Virus record (IMG/VR): IMGVR_UViG_3300046170_000417
Coordinates: 1-40,858 of that record
Source: a virus
Lineage: Duplodnaviria; Caudoviricetes
Direction: 5' to 3' (one strand)
DNA length: 40,858 bases
The notes below the pieces were generated by a model that saw only the letters and a program-made list of their open reading frames with translations, made no database searches and was not told where the DNA came from. Made by a program: the position numbers and the translations under genes. Position 1 is the stretch's first letter; each line of letters opens with the position of its first letter. Shown piece by piece: positions 8,434-18,566 of the stretch.

Positions 8434-9940
8434 TTACGAACTAGAAAAACAGCTGTTGGCGGGACTCTTAAAAGATCCTGAGAGTTACATAGATATAAGC
8501 GACTTTATCGGGAACGATGACTTCTACTCAGAAGATACATCGCTACACTCCGCTGTATTTAGGGTTGTTCAACAAGCCATTTCTAATGGAGATGAGATAG
8601 ATGAGATAATCATTGCCCAGCGTGTTAGCGACATAGGTCTGTCATTCCGGGACAATCTTAACCCTTCTGATTACATCAAGTCTTTAGCAATGAGAAAGGT
8701 TCCAAAGGGAAACCTTGTAAAGACTGCCAAAGAGCTTAAGAAGTTTACAGTCAGAAGGCAGATGCTTAACTCTTGTGAAGAGATAGGTAGGAAGATGAAA
8801 TCTATGCCAGCAGATGCAGCTTACTCTCAAATCATAGAGGAGGCTGATAGTATTTATAACGCTCAGGTGAATCTGTTTGAGATTGGCGATAACACCCCAG
8901 ACAATATTTATGATGATATGGAGGCTCTGATTGAGGAGCGGGGTAATAACCCTATCGAAGAGTTTGGCATGATGGGGCCACACGAGAAGATTAATGACAT
9001 TTACGGATCTTTGCTTAGGCCCGGTAACATCACTGTGATTGTAGCAAGGTCTGGGGTTGGTAAGACACAGTTCTGCATGGATTACGCCACCAAAGTTGCT
9101 CTCAAGTATGACGTTCCTGTTCTTCATTTTGATAATGGGGAGATGAGTAAAGAGGAACTTATTATGAGACAATGCGCTGCACACTCAGGTGTCCCTATGC
9201 ACCTTCTGGAGAGTGGCAGATGGAGGCAAGCTGGTGAAGATGTGGTGGCTAAAGTTAGGTCAGTCTGGCCTAGGATTAAAGGTCTTAAATTCTACTATTA
9301 CAATGTCGGAGGCATGGATGTTGACACGATGGTTAACACTTTAAAAAGATTCTATTACTCCACAGTCGGGAGGGGAAACAGGATGGTTTTCTCTTTCGAC
9401 TATATCAAAACATCTAATGAGTCTTCTGCTAATAAGAATGAGTGGCAGGTTGTAGGAGAGATGGTTGACAAGTTTAAAAAATGCATTCAAAAAGAAGTAC
9501 TGGAAGACGGAGACCCTGTCATCCCTATGATCACTTCTGTGCAGTCTAACCGGAGTGGGATCACAACAAACAGAAACTCTCAAAACGTAGTTGATGATGA
9601 GAGCATTGTATCGCTATCAGATAGGATTACACAGTTCTGTTCCCACATGTTCATTCTTAGGAAGAAAACAGATGATGAAATAGAGCTAGAGGGAAGAGGG
9701 TTTGGTACTCACAAACTTGTCAATGTTAAAGCTCGACATTTGGGTAGAGATATAGCAGGTGCCATAGAGCCAGTCCAAGTGGAAGATTCCCTAAGGAAGA
9801 ATTTTATTAATTTAGATTTTAAAAACTTTAATATAACAGAACAAGGTGACCTTCGTGAGATAGTCGAAGCACGTTCCCTACCCCTACAAGATGGTCCAGA
9901 CGTTGGAGATGGCAGAATACCGGAAATCTCAGAATTTTAG
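8423..9940 (+). CDS. dnaB: Replicative DNA helicase
   Basis: N-terminal ELEKQLLAGLL, Walker A ARSGVGKT, GEMSKEEL, FDYIK, VQSNR and KAR arginine finger. Confidence 0.9.
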   Translation: MIYNYELEKQLLAGLLKDPESYIDISDFIGNDDFYSEDTSLHSAVFRVVQQAISNGDEIDEIIIAQRVSDIGLSFRDNLNPSDYIKSLAMRKVPKGNLVKTAKELKKFTVRRQMLNSCEEIGRKMKSMPADAAYSQIIEEADSIYNAQVNLFEIGDNTPDNIYDDMEALIEERGNNPIEEFGMMGPHEKINDIYGSLLRPGNITVIVARSGVGKTQFCMDYATKVALKYDVPVLHFDNGEMSKEELIMRQCAAHSGVPMHLLESGRWRQAGEDVVAKVRSVWPRIKGLKFYYYNVGGMDVDTMVNTLKRFYYSTVGRGNRMVFSFDYIKTSNESSANKNEWQVVGEMVDKFKKCIQKEVLEDGDPVIPMITSVQSNRSGITTNRNSQNVVDDESIVSLSDRITQFCSHMFILRKKTDDEIELEGRGFGTHKLVNVKARHLGRDIAGAIEPVQVEDSLRKNFINLDFKNFNITEQGDLREIVEARSLPLQDGPDVGDGRIPEISEF

Positions 9941-10972
9941 TGACTTCAAATCGATACTAGAATCTATAGGATACAACCTTATTGATTGTGGGGACCACTG
10001 GAGGACTCAAGCTTTGTACAGAGGTGGTGACAACGCCACAGCAGTAAAGGTATACAAGAACACAGGTGTATGGATGGATTTTGTGGACCATGTGGGTTGC
10101 AAACCATTTGAGGCTCTGGTGAGGTTGACAGTCAAGGACGAAAGGTCAGCTAAAAACATAATAAAGAATGTAAATGTAGATGTATTTGATTATAAACAAA
10201 ACAATAGGAGGAAGGGGTTAGAGATGGAGAGGGTTTACCCAGACGACAGTCTTAACAAGTTGTTCCCTAACTATAATTTTTATTTCAGGGAGGTCGATTA
10301 GCGAAGAAACTCAAATTTCTTTCAAGGTTGGGTTGGCTGGTGTTGGCAAAATGTACAGGAGGATGGTATTCCCTGTATACAACGAAAACAAACAAGTTGT
10401 GGGGTTTTCTGGGAGGAAGATAGACGAGGACAATGATTACCCAAAATGGAAACATGTCGGTAAGAAAGAGCGGGTGGGTTTACCCTGCTTGCATACCGGA
10501 GCATGATTGCGATTCGGAGATAACTGAAAAGCGGGAAGTTGTTTTGGTAGAGAGTATAGGGGATGCTATGGCTCTCTACGAACAGGGTGTAAGGAATGTG
10601 TTGGTCATATTTGGTTTATCGACTGGGCCTAATATAATTAGTTACCTATCTAGTAAAAGCATAGATAGGATCACAATATCAACCAACAATGATTCTGGTT
10701 CGTCTCAAAATAGAGGTTTGATCGGGGCGAATTAAAAATTATTTAAAATTATCAAATTACTTCGACTTGGACACAATCTGTATAAAGTTTCCCACCTAAA
10801 AAAGCAAATGATTTTGGAGAAGCCCATCAAAAATCGTATGATCTGAAAGAGTGGGTCCAAAAAGAGGTCGATAAGAAAGAGCAGCGAGACTACATATCTA
10901 AGTTCGTAAGGAACAATAGTGGACTTCTTTTCGCAGAAAGACATAAAAAAAGCAAAGATATTAAATGAATGA
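9909..10972 (+). CDS. dnaG: DNA primase (DnaG type); reading frame broken by about 4 indels
   Basis: Stitching frames gives RRMVFPVYNENKQVVGFSGRKI..YPKWKH, TOPRIM VVLVESIGDAMALY and ...NDFGE. Shifts lie near 10290, 10470, 10730 and 10925. Start and end are inferred. Confidence 0.8.
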
Positions 10973-11998
10973 TCCCCAAACATCACTTTCTGCTAGCAGA
11001 ATAAAGACTGCTCAGAGTTGCTCTTGGCTTTATTGGACTAAATATAAGCTCAAGCTACCCGACACTAGTAATGATGGTGCAAAAAGGGGCTCCATTTGTC
11101 ACTTAGTTTTTGAGCTTTTAGGTGAGAGTAAGCGCAAGAAGTATTACGACAAGATCATGGAGACTCAGGATATATTCTCTGTACCTTCTATAGAGAGGCT
11201 TCGTAATGAAACATGCTGTGAGGGACGAGGTTGATGATCCTGAGAATATTCCAACTGATAAAAGAGATGACTTACAATGGCATAGCTTATGATTTCTTTG
11301 GGAAGGGATTTAGCTAAACCTACTGAGGAGTTTTCAGAGCAAGACTTTGACATAGTTAAGAATGATGGTGAGGTGTGCTACAAGATTCGGGGCTTTTATT
11401 GACAAACTGTTTTCTATATAAAAAGAAGAAGTTTCGCCCTTATTAGAGACTTTTAAGACGAGCAAAGAGGTCTTCAAAGGAAAGGATGCTGAAGACAATA
11501 TGCAGGATCTGATGTACAGCTTAGCTGTCAAACACCTCTTTCCAGACTATCCTATCAAACAGAGTGAATTTTTATTTTTGAAGTTTGAGTTAGACACTGA
11601 AGCCAAGAAAAGCGGCATCATGAGGATGGAGCCTTTATCCGAAGAAGACTTGTATGGTTTTGAGCTTCAGCTCACAGAGGTTCAACAGTATCTAGATAAT
11701 TTTACAGAGAAAGATGCAGTGGCTAACTTTGCCGCCTACAAAGGTTTTCCTAATGACAATTCTTTTAGCGGAAAGCTTCCTGTGCGGATTTGCCAAGAGA
11801 AAAGGGGAGTTAAAGAAGGACGGCAATATAAAGTGGCACTGTGGTATGAAGTTTGACTTTATCTACTATCAGTTCAAGAATTCAGAAGGACAAGTTGTCG
11901 GCTCTTGTTTTGAAGATGATTTTGACGAGCAGAAAGTCCCCAGCGGTTGTACTTATGAAATAAAGTATTACGCAGGATGCCCTGCTCATTGCTCTTGA
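10965..11998 (+). CDS. PD-(D/E)XK RecB/AddB/Cas4-like nuclease; reading frame broken by several indels
   Basis: LSASRIKT..SCSWLY, RGSICH, stitched IRGFIDKL...IRDFKTSK, QDLMYSLA, and C-terminal cysteines (LCG..HC..GCPAHC). Confidence 0.78.
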
Positions 11999-12022
11999 CA
12001 TGTCATTTATACGGGTTATGCT
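11995..12022 (+). promoter_or_regulatory. sigma70-like promoter for the polymerase genes
   Basis: TTGACA-N16-TATGCT, 5 nt before ATG 12028. Confidence 0.55.
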
Positions 12023-12027
12023 AAGGC

Positions 12028-12819
12028 ATGGTTATTCCCGTATTCAAGTCCACATACTCTCATGGAAAGAGTATCCTGACCTTTGAGACAGACTGTGAAG
12101 AAGATGGTCCTGACTCGATTATTGAGATATGTTTAGACAGAGGCATTAAGGATTTAGTCTTGGTAGAAGACAACCTTACGTCTTTTATGAAAGCTTTTAA
12201 GGCTTGCGAAAGCAACGGAATCAACCTGATTTATGGAGTTAGTCTTATATTTTGTTCTGACATGCAGGAGAACGACACTAAATCTTTTCACAAAGGGGTG
12301 ATTTTTGCGAAGGATGACAAGGGTTGTGAGATAATGAATAGAATCTACTCGTGTGCTAATACTGAGTCGGGATTCCTTTCGAAAAAACCACAAGACCCGG
12401 ATTCTGAGATGGATGTTGTAAGCCCTAGGATAGATTACAAAAACTTTTACAAATACTGGGATGAAAAACACTTAAGTTTCGTAGTTCCATTCTACGATAG
12501 TTTCATACATAAGAACAATTTCTATCATCGTGAGGCTAACCCAGATTTCAGCAAGATTAAAAATCCTATTTTTTGGGTTGAGAATAACAATTTGCCTTTC
12601 GACCACTTTATCTCAAAGAAGGTGCTAGAGTATACTGAGAAAAATGGTTATAAGACTTGCGATGTCAAAAGTATTCTGTATAAAAAGAAAGAGGACATAG
12701 AAGCCTTCCAAACATACAGAGTCCTATGCAACAAGGCTGGCAGTAAACGTAGCGATTTGCAAAATCCCGAACTAGAACATTTCGGTAGCGATGAGTTCTG
12801 TATAGAAGCAATTAAGTAG
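12028..12819 (+). CDS. Stand-alone PHP domain of DNA polymerase III alpha (degenerate)
   Basis: FKSTYSHGKSIL, LVEDNLTSF, GINLIYGV and IFAKDDKG parallel the DnaE N-terminus, but the HxH metal ligands are absent. Confidence 0.75.
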   Translation: MVIPVFKSTYSHGKSILTFETDCEEDGPDSIIEICLDRGIKDLVLVEDNLTSFMKAFKACESNGINLIYGVSLIFCSDMQENDTKSFHKGVIFAKDDKGCEIMNRIYSCANTESGFLSKKPQDPDSEMDVVSPRIDYKNFYKYWDEKHLSFVVPFYDSFIHKNNFYHREANPDFSKIKNPIFWVENNNLPFDHFISKKVLEYTEKNGYKTCDVKSILYKKKEDIEAFQTYRVLCNKAGSKRSDLQNPELEHFGSDEFCIEAIK

Positions 12820-12823
12820 AATT

Positions 12824-13462
12824 ATGAAGGAGTCAATATTAAGATTTGATCAGAGGCAGAAGTATGTAGTCTTTGATTTTGAGACAGAGGGCTTGAACCT
12901 AATTAAGTCAAGACCTTGGCAGATAGCTTGGACAGTTTACGAGGGGAAGAAAAAGATAAAAGCCAACAATAAGTTTTTGGCTTACAAAGATCTTGGTGTT
13001 TCGAAAGGCGCTCAAGAGATAACCCGCTTCGATGAAAGGGCTTATAGGGCTAGAGCTGAAGACTTAGAAAGTGTCTGGGAGTTATTCTCAAAAGACTTTT
13101 ACAATGAGGACCACAAGCTTGTAGGGCATAATGTTTTGGGATTTGATGTATATATGGTTAACGTTTGGAGGAAGCTGATTGGGTTGGCTCCCGACTACTC
13201 CTTCATGGAAAGGATTATAGATACTTTGTGTTTAGAAAGGGCTATACAGTCAGGTTCACCAGAGTCGCTAGACATAGATGACTTTATCTACTGGCAATAC
13301 AAGTGGCTCTCGACTAGGCCGAAAGGGGTGAAAGCAAGTATGAAAGCTTGTATAGAGAAATATGGGCTGGGCGGGGATTCTAATAAACTCCATGACGCTA
13401 GCTACGATGTAGAGAAGAACTTTGAGGTTTTTCAAAAACAACTTTTCGAACTAGAAATATGA
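12824..13462 (+). CDS. dnaQ: DEDDh 3'-5' exonuclease (Pol III epsilon-like)
   Basis: ExoI VFDFETEG, ExoII GHNVLGFD and ExoIII HDASYD. Confidence 0.88.
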   Translation: MKESILRFDQRQKYVVFDFETEGLNLIKSRPWQIAWTVYEGKKKIKANNKFLAYKDLGVSKGAQEITRFDERAYRARAEDLESVWELFSKDFYNEDHKLVGHNVLGFDVYMVNVWRKLIGLAPDYSFMERIIDTLCLERAIQSGSPESLDIDDFIYWQYKWLSTRPKGVKASMKACIEKYGLGGDSNKLHDASYDVEKNFEVFQKQLFELEI

Positions 13463-16095
13463 TTAACGAGAAAGAACACAAGGTGGCAATGAGGTACAAA
13501 AAACCTTTTGTAGAGGGTGTTAAATTGCCTGAGATACATTTGGAAAATAAAGAGTTAGAAGAGCTAGGTTTGAACCCCGGTGCTTCTAGTGTTGATATAT
13601 TGAGAAGCTTGTGCCGAAAAGGGGTAAAAGATAGAGGGGTGGACAAAAAAGAAAAGAGTGAGAGAGATGTTTACTACAGCAGGGTAAAAACAGAGATAGA
13701 AATTCTTGACAGACTTGGTTTTGTGGATTATGCTCTACTCAATTGGGACATCATAAAGTATTGCAAAAGCAAAGACATCCCGACTGGCTTTGGAAGGGGT
13801 TCTGCAGCTGGTTGTTTAGTTTTGTATCTTTTAGGTGTAACCAATGTAGACCCAATCAAACACGACTTATATTTTGAAAGATTCGTATCCGAAAGTAGAT
13901 CTAAAAAAGTGGGAGATGGACTGTTGGACGGTTCCCTCCTTGCTGATGTTGATAATGATATCTGCTATCATCGCCGTTCTGATGTGCTTAATTACATTGA
14001 GGATCAAAACAAAGGAAAAACTTCTAAGATTCTTACGCTCAGCACCTTGAGTAGCAAGGTCTGCGTAAAAGAGTGTTGCAAGATAGCTGGCTTTATGACA
14101 GAAGGGCAAGCAGCTAGGATCTCGGATTTTATCCCGAAAAAGTACGGAAAAAATGCTAAGATATCAGAGGCTTATGAAGATTGTGAAGAGTTAAAAGAGT
14201 TTTTTGAATCACCTTCGGGCAAAAAGATATACAAGATAGCTAGGAAGATAGAGGGTCTGGTGAGAGGTACAGGTGTACACCCTTCAGGAGTAGCCATCTG
14301 TTCCGATAATCAGGCATCACTCATGCCTGTGCAAAGAACGAAAGACCGTGAATTAGTTTCTGGTTACGACATGGATGATGTTGCTGCCTTGTGTGTGAAG
14401 TTTGACATCCTAGGATTAAAGAACTTGTCAGTGGTCGATGATGTATGCAAAAAAGTCGGGATCAAAAAGGAGAGTATAGATGTTGACGACAAGTCCATTT
14501 ACCAATTTTACCAAAACTTTGAAGACCCTGCTGGCTTATTTCAAATTGAAGCCCCGACAGCCGGGAAGGTTTGTTACAATGTTAAACCTAGGAATATTGA
14601 GCAGCTGTCTGCTGTTCTGTCTGTGGCCAGACCCGGAGCCATAGAATTCCAAGATGATTATATCAGGTACGTAGAAACAGGGGAGTTCCAATCTGTGCAT
14701 GAGTATTTCGATGATATTTTAGGATACACAGGAGGAATCCCCCTCTATCAGGAGCAGTTGATGAAAATGGCTGTTAAAGTTGGGTTTAGTTTAGATGAAG
14801 CTGAACAACTTAGGAGGATAGTTGGGAAAAAGAAGGTAGATAAAATGAAATCTTGGAAATCCAAGATAGAAGAAAAGGTCAAAGAGAAAAACTTAGCTCC
14901 AGAGATCGCAGAAGTGTTATGGAGTGTTGCTGAAGACTCAGCCAACTACTCGTTCAATAAATCTCATGCCATGAGTTATGCTTATTTGTCTGCTGTTCAA
15001 ACATACCTTAAACAGAATTACCCGAAAGAGATGTTCTGGGCTATGTTAAACTTCGCCCACAATAATGATGATGAATTACAAGTGATCTCTTCGGTAGAGA
15101 GGGAGCTGGCGCTACCTAAGTACAGTAACCCATCTTGCAATATATCCTTGCTTCCTCCTGACTTCAACTTGTCAGAGCAGCAACACACCTTGGAAGAAGG
15201 TGGTATCCGTTATGGTTTTAAATCCATTAAAGGTGTTGCAGCCAAAGCTTTTGACGCTCTTATAAAGTTCAGAGGAGGGGAGTCATTTAAAAACAAGTAC
15301 GAGGCTTTTATCAGTGCCAAAGATGCAGGTTTGGACGTAGGAACCTTGTCTGCTTTAATACAAGCAGGTCTCTTCGACTCCCTCTTTGAGGGAGGCCCTC
15401 TAAAGCGTTGTAGGTTAGTTTATGAACTTAGGGTCTTTAACAACTTGACGCCGAGGGAAAAGAATCACTTTGCATTGATGGAGGGTGACCTTCTGGATAA
15501 TTTAGAGAAGGCTAACCCTAACAAAGATAACCCTATGTTAGATGAAAAAGGGAGGCTTATGATAAAAGAGACAAGGTGGAGTACTATACAGAAAAAGATT
15601 CTAAACTACACCCTCATTTATGAGAACAACAAGAAAAGAGAGTCTTTTACAAACTGGTTCTGTGAGAGGAAAGTTCTAGGTTATAGCGCAACGAAGAAGA
15701 TAAAGGACGCTGTCGATAAACGCTTGCCTATACTTTCAACCTTGGATATAAAAGACGAGAGCCACGGGTCTAAAATCATGTTTGTTGGTGTTGTCACCCA
15801 GATAAATCATGACGCTGTGAGTAGGGCGGGAAACACATACTCAGGGTGGCAGATAGCTGACGAAATGGGGGTTTTAGAAACTATGATGATGGGAGATAAG
15901 TTGACAAAATGGAAGAGGAAAGGTATGCCCCAACCAAAAGTAGGGGAGGTTGTCATCATTAATGGCACCTTGGCTAGAAGTGATAGGGGGACCACTATCT
16001 TCTTGGACAATATAAAGAGTTTAGATGAACATGTCTGGATGCAACCGAAACATATAGACAAAAGCCTTCTTGAAACAAAAGAGGAGCAAAAGTAA
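13459..16095 (+). CDS. dnaE: DNA polymerase III alpha catalytic core (lacks PHP domain)
   Basis: GRGSAAG, FERF, DVDND, GVHPSG, KFDILGL, YQEQLM, YSFNKSHA, HhH (GFKSIKGV) and a C-terminal OB-fold. Confidence 0.95.
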   Translation: MINEKEHKVAMRYKKPFVEGVKLPEIHLENKELEELGLNPGASSVDILRSLCRKGVKDRGVDKKEKSERDVYYSRVKTEIEILDRLGFVDYALLNWDIIKYCKSKDIPTGFGRGSAAGCLVLYLLGVTNVDPIKHDLYFERFVSESRSKKVGDGLLDGSLLADVDNDICYHRRSDVLNYIEDQNKGKTSKILTLSTLSSKVCVKECCKIAGFMTEGQAARISDFIPKKYGKNAKISEAYEDCEELKEFFESPSGKKIYKIARKIEGLVRGTGVHPSGVAICSDNQASLMPVQRTKDRELVSGYDMDDVAALCVKFDILGLKNLSVVDDVCKKVGIKKESIDVDDKSIYQFYQNFEDPAGLFQIEAPTAGKVCYNVKPRNIEQLSAVLSVARPGAIEFQDDYIRYVETGEFQSVHEYFDDILGYTGGIPLYQEQLMKMAVKVGFSLDEAEQLRRIVGKKKVDKMKSWKSKIEEKVKEKNLAPEIAEVLWSVAEDSANYSFNKSHAMSYAYLSAVQTYLKQNYPKEMFWAMLNFAHNNDDELQVISSVERELALPKYSNPSCNISLLPPDFNLSEQQHTLEEGGIRYGFKSIKGVAAKAFDALIKFRGGESFKNKYEAFISAKDAGLDVGTLSALIQAGLFDSLFEGGPLKRCRLVYELRVFNNLTPREKNHFALMEGDLLDNLEKANPNKDNPMLDEKGRLMIKETRWSTIQKKILNYTLIYENNKKRESFTNWFCERKVLGYSATKKIKDAVDKRLPILSTLDIKDESHGSKIMFVGVVTQINHDAVSRAGNTYSGWQIADEMGVLETMMMGDKLTKWKRKGMPQPKVGEVVIINGTLARSDRGTTIFLDNIKSLDEHVWMQPKHIDKSLLETKEEQK

Positions 16096-16109
16096 CAATT
16101 TGGTAATAA

Positions 16110-16116
16110 AAGTGTA
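16110..16116 (+). promoter_or_regulatory. AAGTGTA motif upstream of the Clp ATPase
   Basis: AAGTGTA in the short intergenic gap, 7-10 nt before ATG 16124/16127. Confidence 0.55.
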
Positions 16117-16123
16117 ATATATT

Positions 16124-18556
16124 ATGATGTCATTAACTGAATACAATTTAACCCCCAAGGCCAAGAAAGCCATTAGGGATGCCAAGCTGTTCGCTGAAGC
16201 TAACAACCATGGTAGGGTTAGGAATGAGCATTTGATCTACGGTTGCCTTATAAATCTATCAGATAGAAATATATTGTTGTTTGAGAGTAGGGGTGTGGTC
16301 TACGAGCCTAGGGATTTTATTAAAACATTCAAAAATTTTTGTAGGAAGAACCCAGATTTTTTTGCGAAGAGGAAGAACGAAAATGCTTGGCATGACGAGT
16401 TAAATTCTACAATCTTAGAGTCCAAGTTTTTTGCCGAAACTCACGATGATCATTTCGTTGGTGTGGAACACTTGCTTTATATTCTACTAGACACTAAATC
16501 TAATTTTAAAAAGGATTTGGAGGATTCTGGACTTGAGACCGATTACTTTAAAGATGTGATAGAGGAGATTATTGTAGACTCTAACCCTGTCGTTAATAAC
16601 AGTTCACCTTCAAATGTTTTCTCTGAGAACACGAAAGAGAAGTCCCCTTCTTATGGTCAAGGGGAGGATAAAGAGGTTGTTCCAGAAAACCTGCTCAAGT
16701 ATTGTGTGAACATGAACCAAGAGATGTTTATGAAAGACTTTCCTCCCATTGTCTCAAGAGACGAAGAGATAGAGAGTGTTATAGAGATCTTGTCGAAAAA
16801 GAATAAAAGTAACAGCATTCTTGTCGGGGGTGCAGGTGTTGGTAAGACGGCTATTGTAGAAGGTTTAGCTCAGAGAATCATGGTTGATCAAGTCCCTAGC
16901 CATATGTCTATGTGCCAAATATATTCTGTGGACATAGCTGGTATGTTAGCTGGTACTCAATACAGAGGCCAGTTCGAAGAGAGGTTCAAGGGCTTATTGA
17001 AGGAGGTTGAAGGGAAAGAGAACATCATACTTTTCTTCGACGAGATCCACACTGTTATAGGCGCTGGCAATTCATCAGAAGGGAATATGGATGCTTCTAA
17101 TATGCTTAAGCCAGCATTGGCTAGAGGCTCTATAAAATGTATAGGGGCCACTACCTCCAAGGAGTATAAAAAGATTTTTGAGAAAGACGGTGCGCTGAAG
17201 AGAAGGTTTGATAAAGTTGACGTTCATGAACCTTCTAAGGAGCAGACGAGGGATATGCTGAACCAAGCTTTACCTTACTACCAAGATTTCCATGGGGTGA
17301 AGTTTTCAAAAGCTAATATCGACAAAATCTTAGATAACTGTGAGATATATCTTTCTAACAAGAGGTTCCCAGATAAAGCTTTCGACATTGTTGACCAAAT
17401 AGGGGCGAGGACAAAGATTAAGTTCGACAACCCTCCAGATTATGTAGTCGAAGCAAAAAAGAAGTTCTCAGATATGATTACAAAACCTTGTGAGAATGAA
17501 GAGGATTTTGTAAACACCATGGAAGACTATATAAAAAGTATTTCTAAGTATAATGACACATCCAAGAAGAAAGTGTCTATATCTAATGCTGACATATTGG
17601 AGGTGTTTGAATCAAAGACGGGTGTCTCTAAGAAGATAATTGGTGAGACTAATTTTAGATTTTCTCTATTCAAAGATAAGATGAAGAAGGAAATATTCGG
17701 GCAAGATAGGGTCATAGACGATATTTATGACAACCTGTCTTGCGTCAAGGTCGGCCTCAATGACCCAGATAAACCTCTGGCTAACTTCTTGTTTGTAGGG
17801 CCGACAAGTGTTGGAAAGACATTCACTGCGAAGAATATAGCTAAAAACTTTTACGGTAGTGATAGGTCTTTTATACAGATAAACATGAGTGAATACCAAG
17901 ACAAAACAGGTATCTCAAAACTTATTGGGGCTAATGCTGGCTATGTGGGTTACGAAGAGGGTGGGATCTTAACAGAGTTCGTCAGGAATAACCCTAACTG
18001 CGTTGTGTTATTTGATGAGATAGAGAAAGCTGACCCTAAAATATTGGACATACTTCTCCACCTTCTAGACGAAGGGTATGTATCAGACAACTTGAATAGA
18101 AAAATAGATTTTTCTAAAAGCATAGTCATTCTCACTACCAATATAGGCCATCAGCAGACGGGGGCCAAGTCTGTCGGTTTTGTCGATGATAGTCCGTCTG
18201 ACGACTTTGTTTACGAGGATAGTCTGAAGAAGAGCCTCAGACCAGAACTTATTGCGAGGATTAACAACACTTATGTTTTTGACGCTTTGACAGATGATGT
18301 TATGATGAGTATCGTAAGCAAAGAGATCTCCTTCATAGCTGAAAGGTTGAGAGAGAAGAATATCTCTATTAAAACACGAAAGACAGTCCATAAATTTATT
18401 TTAAATAAAATAAAAACAGAGAAACTCCACGCAAGGAACGTGAAGGTGATTGTGAAGAAGCTTTTGCAGACTCCTATAGCTAGGTTTGTAATAGAAAACA
18501 AGAATGTTGAAAAAATATCATTAAAAGTTGTTGACAAAAACATCAAAGTTTACTAA
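16124..18556 (+). CDS. clpC: ClpA/ClpC-type Hsp100 AAA+ ATPase
   Basis: Clp N-domain repeats (EHL, EHLL); NBD1 GGAGVGKT, YRGQFEER, FFDEIH; NBD2 GPTSVGKT, GYVGYEEGG, LFDEIEKA; short middle region; VGF loop. The clpA versus clpC assignment is uncertain. Confidence 0.88.
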   Translation: MMSLTEYNLTPKAKKAIRDAKLFAEANNHGRVRNEHLIYGCLINLSDRNILLFESRGVVYEPRDFIKTFKNFCRKNPDFFAKRKNENAWHDELNSTILESKFFAETHDDHFVGVEHLLYILLDTKSNFKKDLEDSGLETDYFKDVIEEIIVDSNPVVNNSSPSNVFSENTKEKSPSYGQGEDKEVVPENLLKYCVNMNQEMFMKDFPPIVSRDEEIESVIEILSKKNKSNSILVGGAGVGKTAIVEGLAQRIMVDQVPSHMSMCQIYSVDIAGMLAGTQYRGQFEERFKGLLKEVEGKENIILFFDEIHTVIGAGNSSEGNMDASNMLKPALARGSIKCIGATTSKEYKKIFEKDGALKRRFDKVDVHEPSKEQTRDMLNQALPYYQDFHGVKFSKANIDKILDNCEIYLSNKRFPDKAFDIVDQIGARTKIKFDNPPDYVVEAKKKFSDMITKPCENEEDFVNTMEDYIKSISKYNDTSKKKVSISNADILEVFESKTGVSKKIIGETNFRFSLFKDKMKKEIFGQDRVIDDIYDNLSCVKVGLNDPDKPLANFLFVGPTSVGKTFTAKNIAKNFYGSDRSFIQINMSEYQDKTGISKLIGANAGYVGYEEGGILTEFVRNNPNCVVLFDEIEKADPKILDILLHLLDEGYVSDNLNRKIDFSKSIVILTTNIGHQQTGAKSVGFVDDSPSDDFVYEDSLKKSLRPELIARINNTYVFDALTDDVMMSIVSKEISFIAERLREKNISIKTRKTVHKFILNKIKTEKLHARNVKVIVKKLLQTPIARFVIENKNVEKISLKVVDKNIKVY

Positions 18557-18559
18557 CCT
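18531..18559 (+). promoter_or_regulatory. sigma70-like promoter
   Basis: TTGACA-N17-TAACCT, 7 nt before ATG 18567. Confidence 0.55.
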
Positions 18560-18566
18560 AAATTAG

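Noticed and set aside
9909-11998. Primase and nuclease as true pseudogenes or programmed frameshifts
   Set aside because: Catalytic motifs are intact, indels are many and often at homopolymers, and primase is likely essential; sequencing error is more parsimonious.
12028-16095. Intein or intron explaining the split dnaE
   Set aside because: No intein splice motifs or homing endonuclease were noticed; the intervening ORF is a proofreading exonuclease with coupled start and stop.
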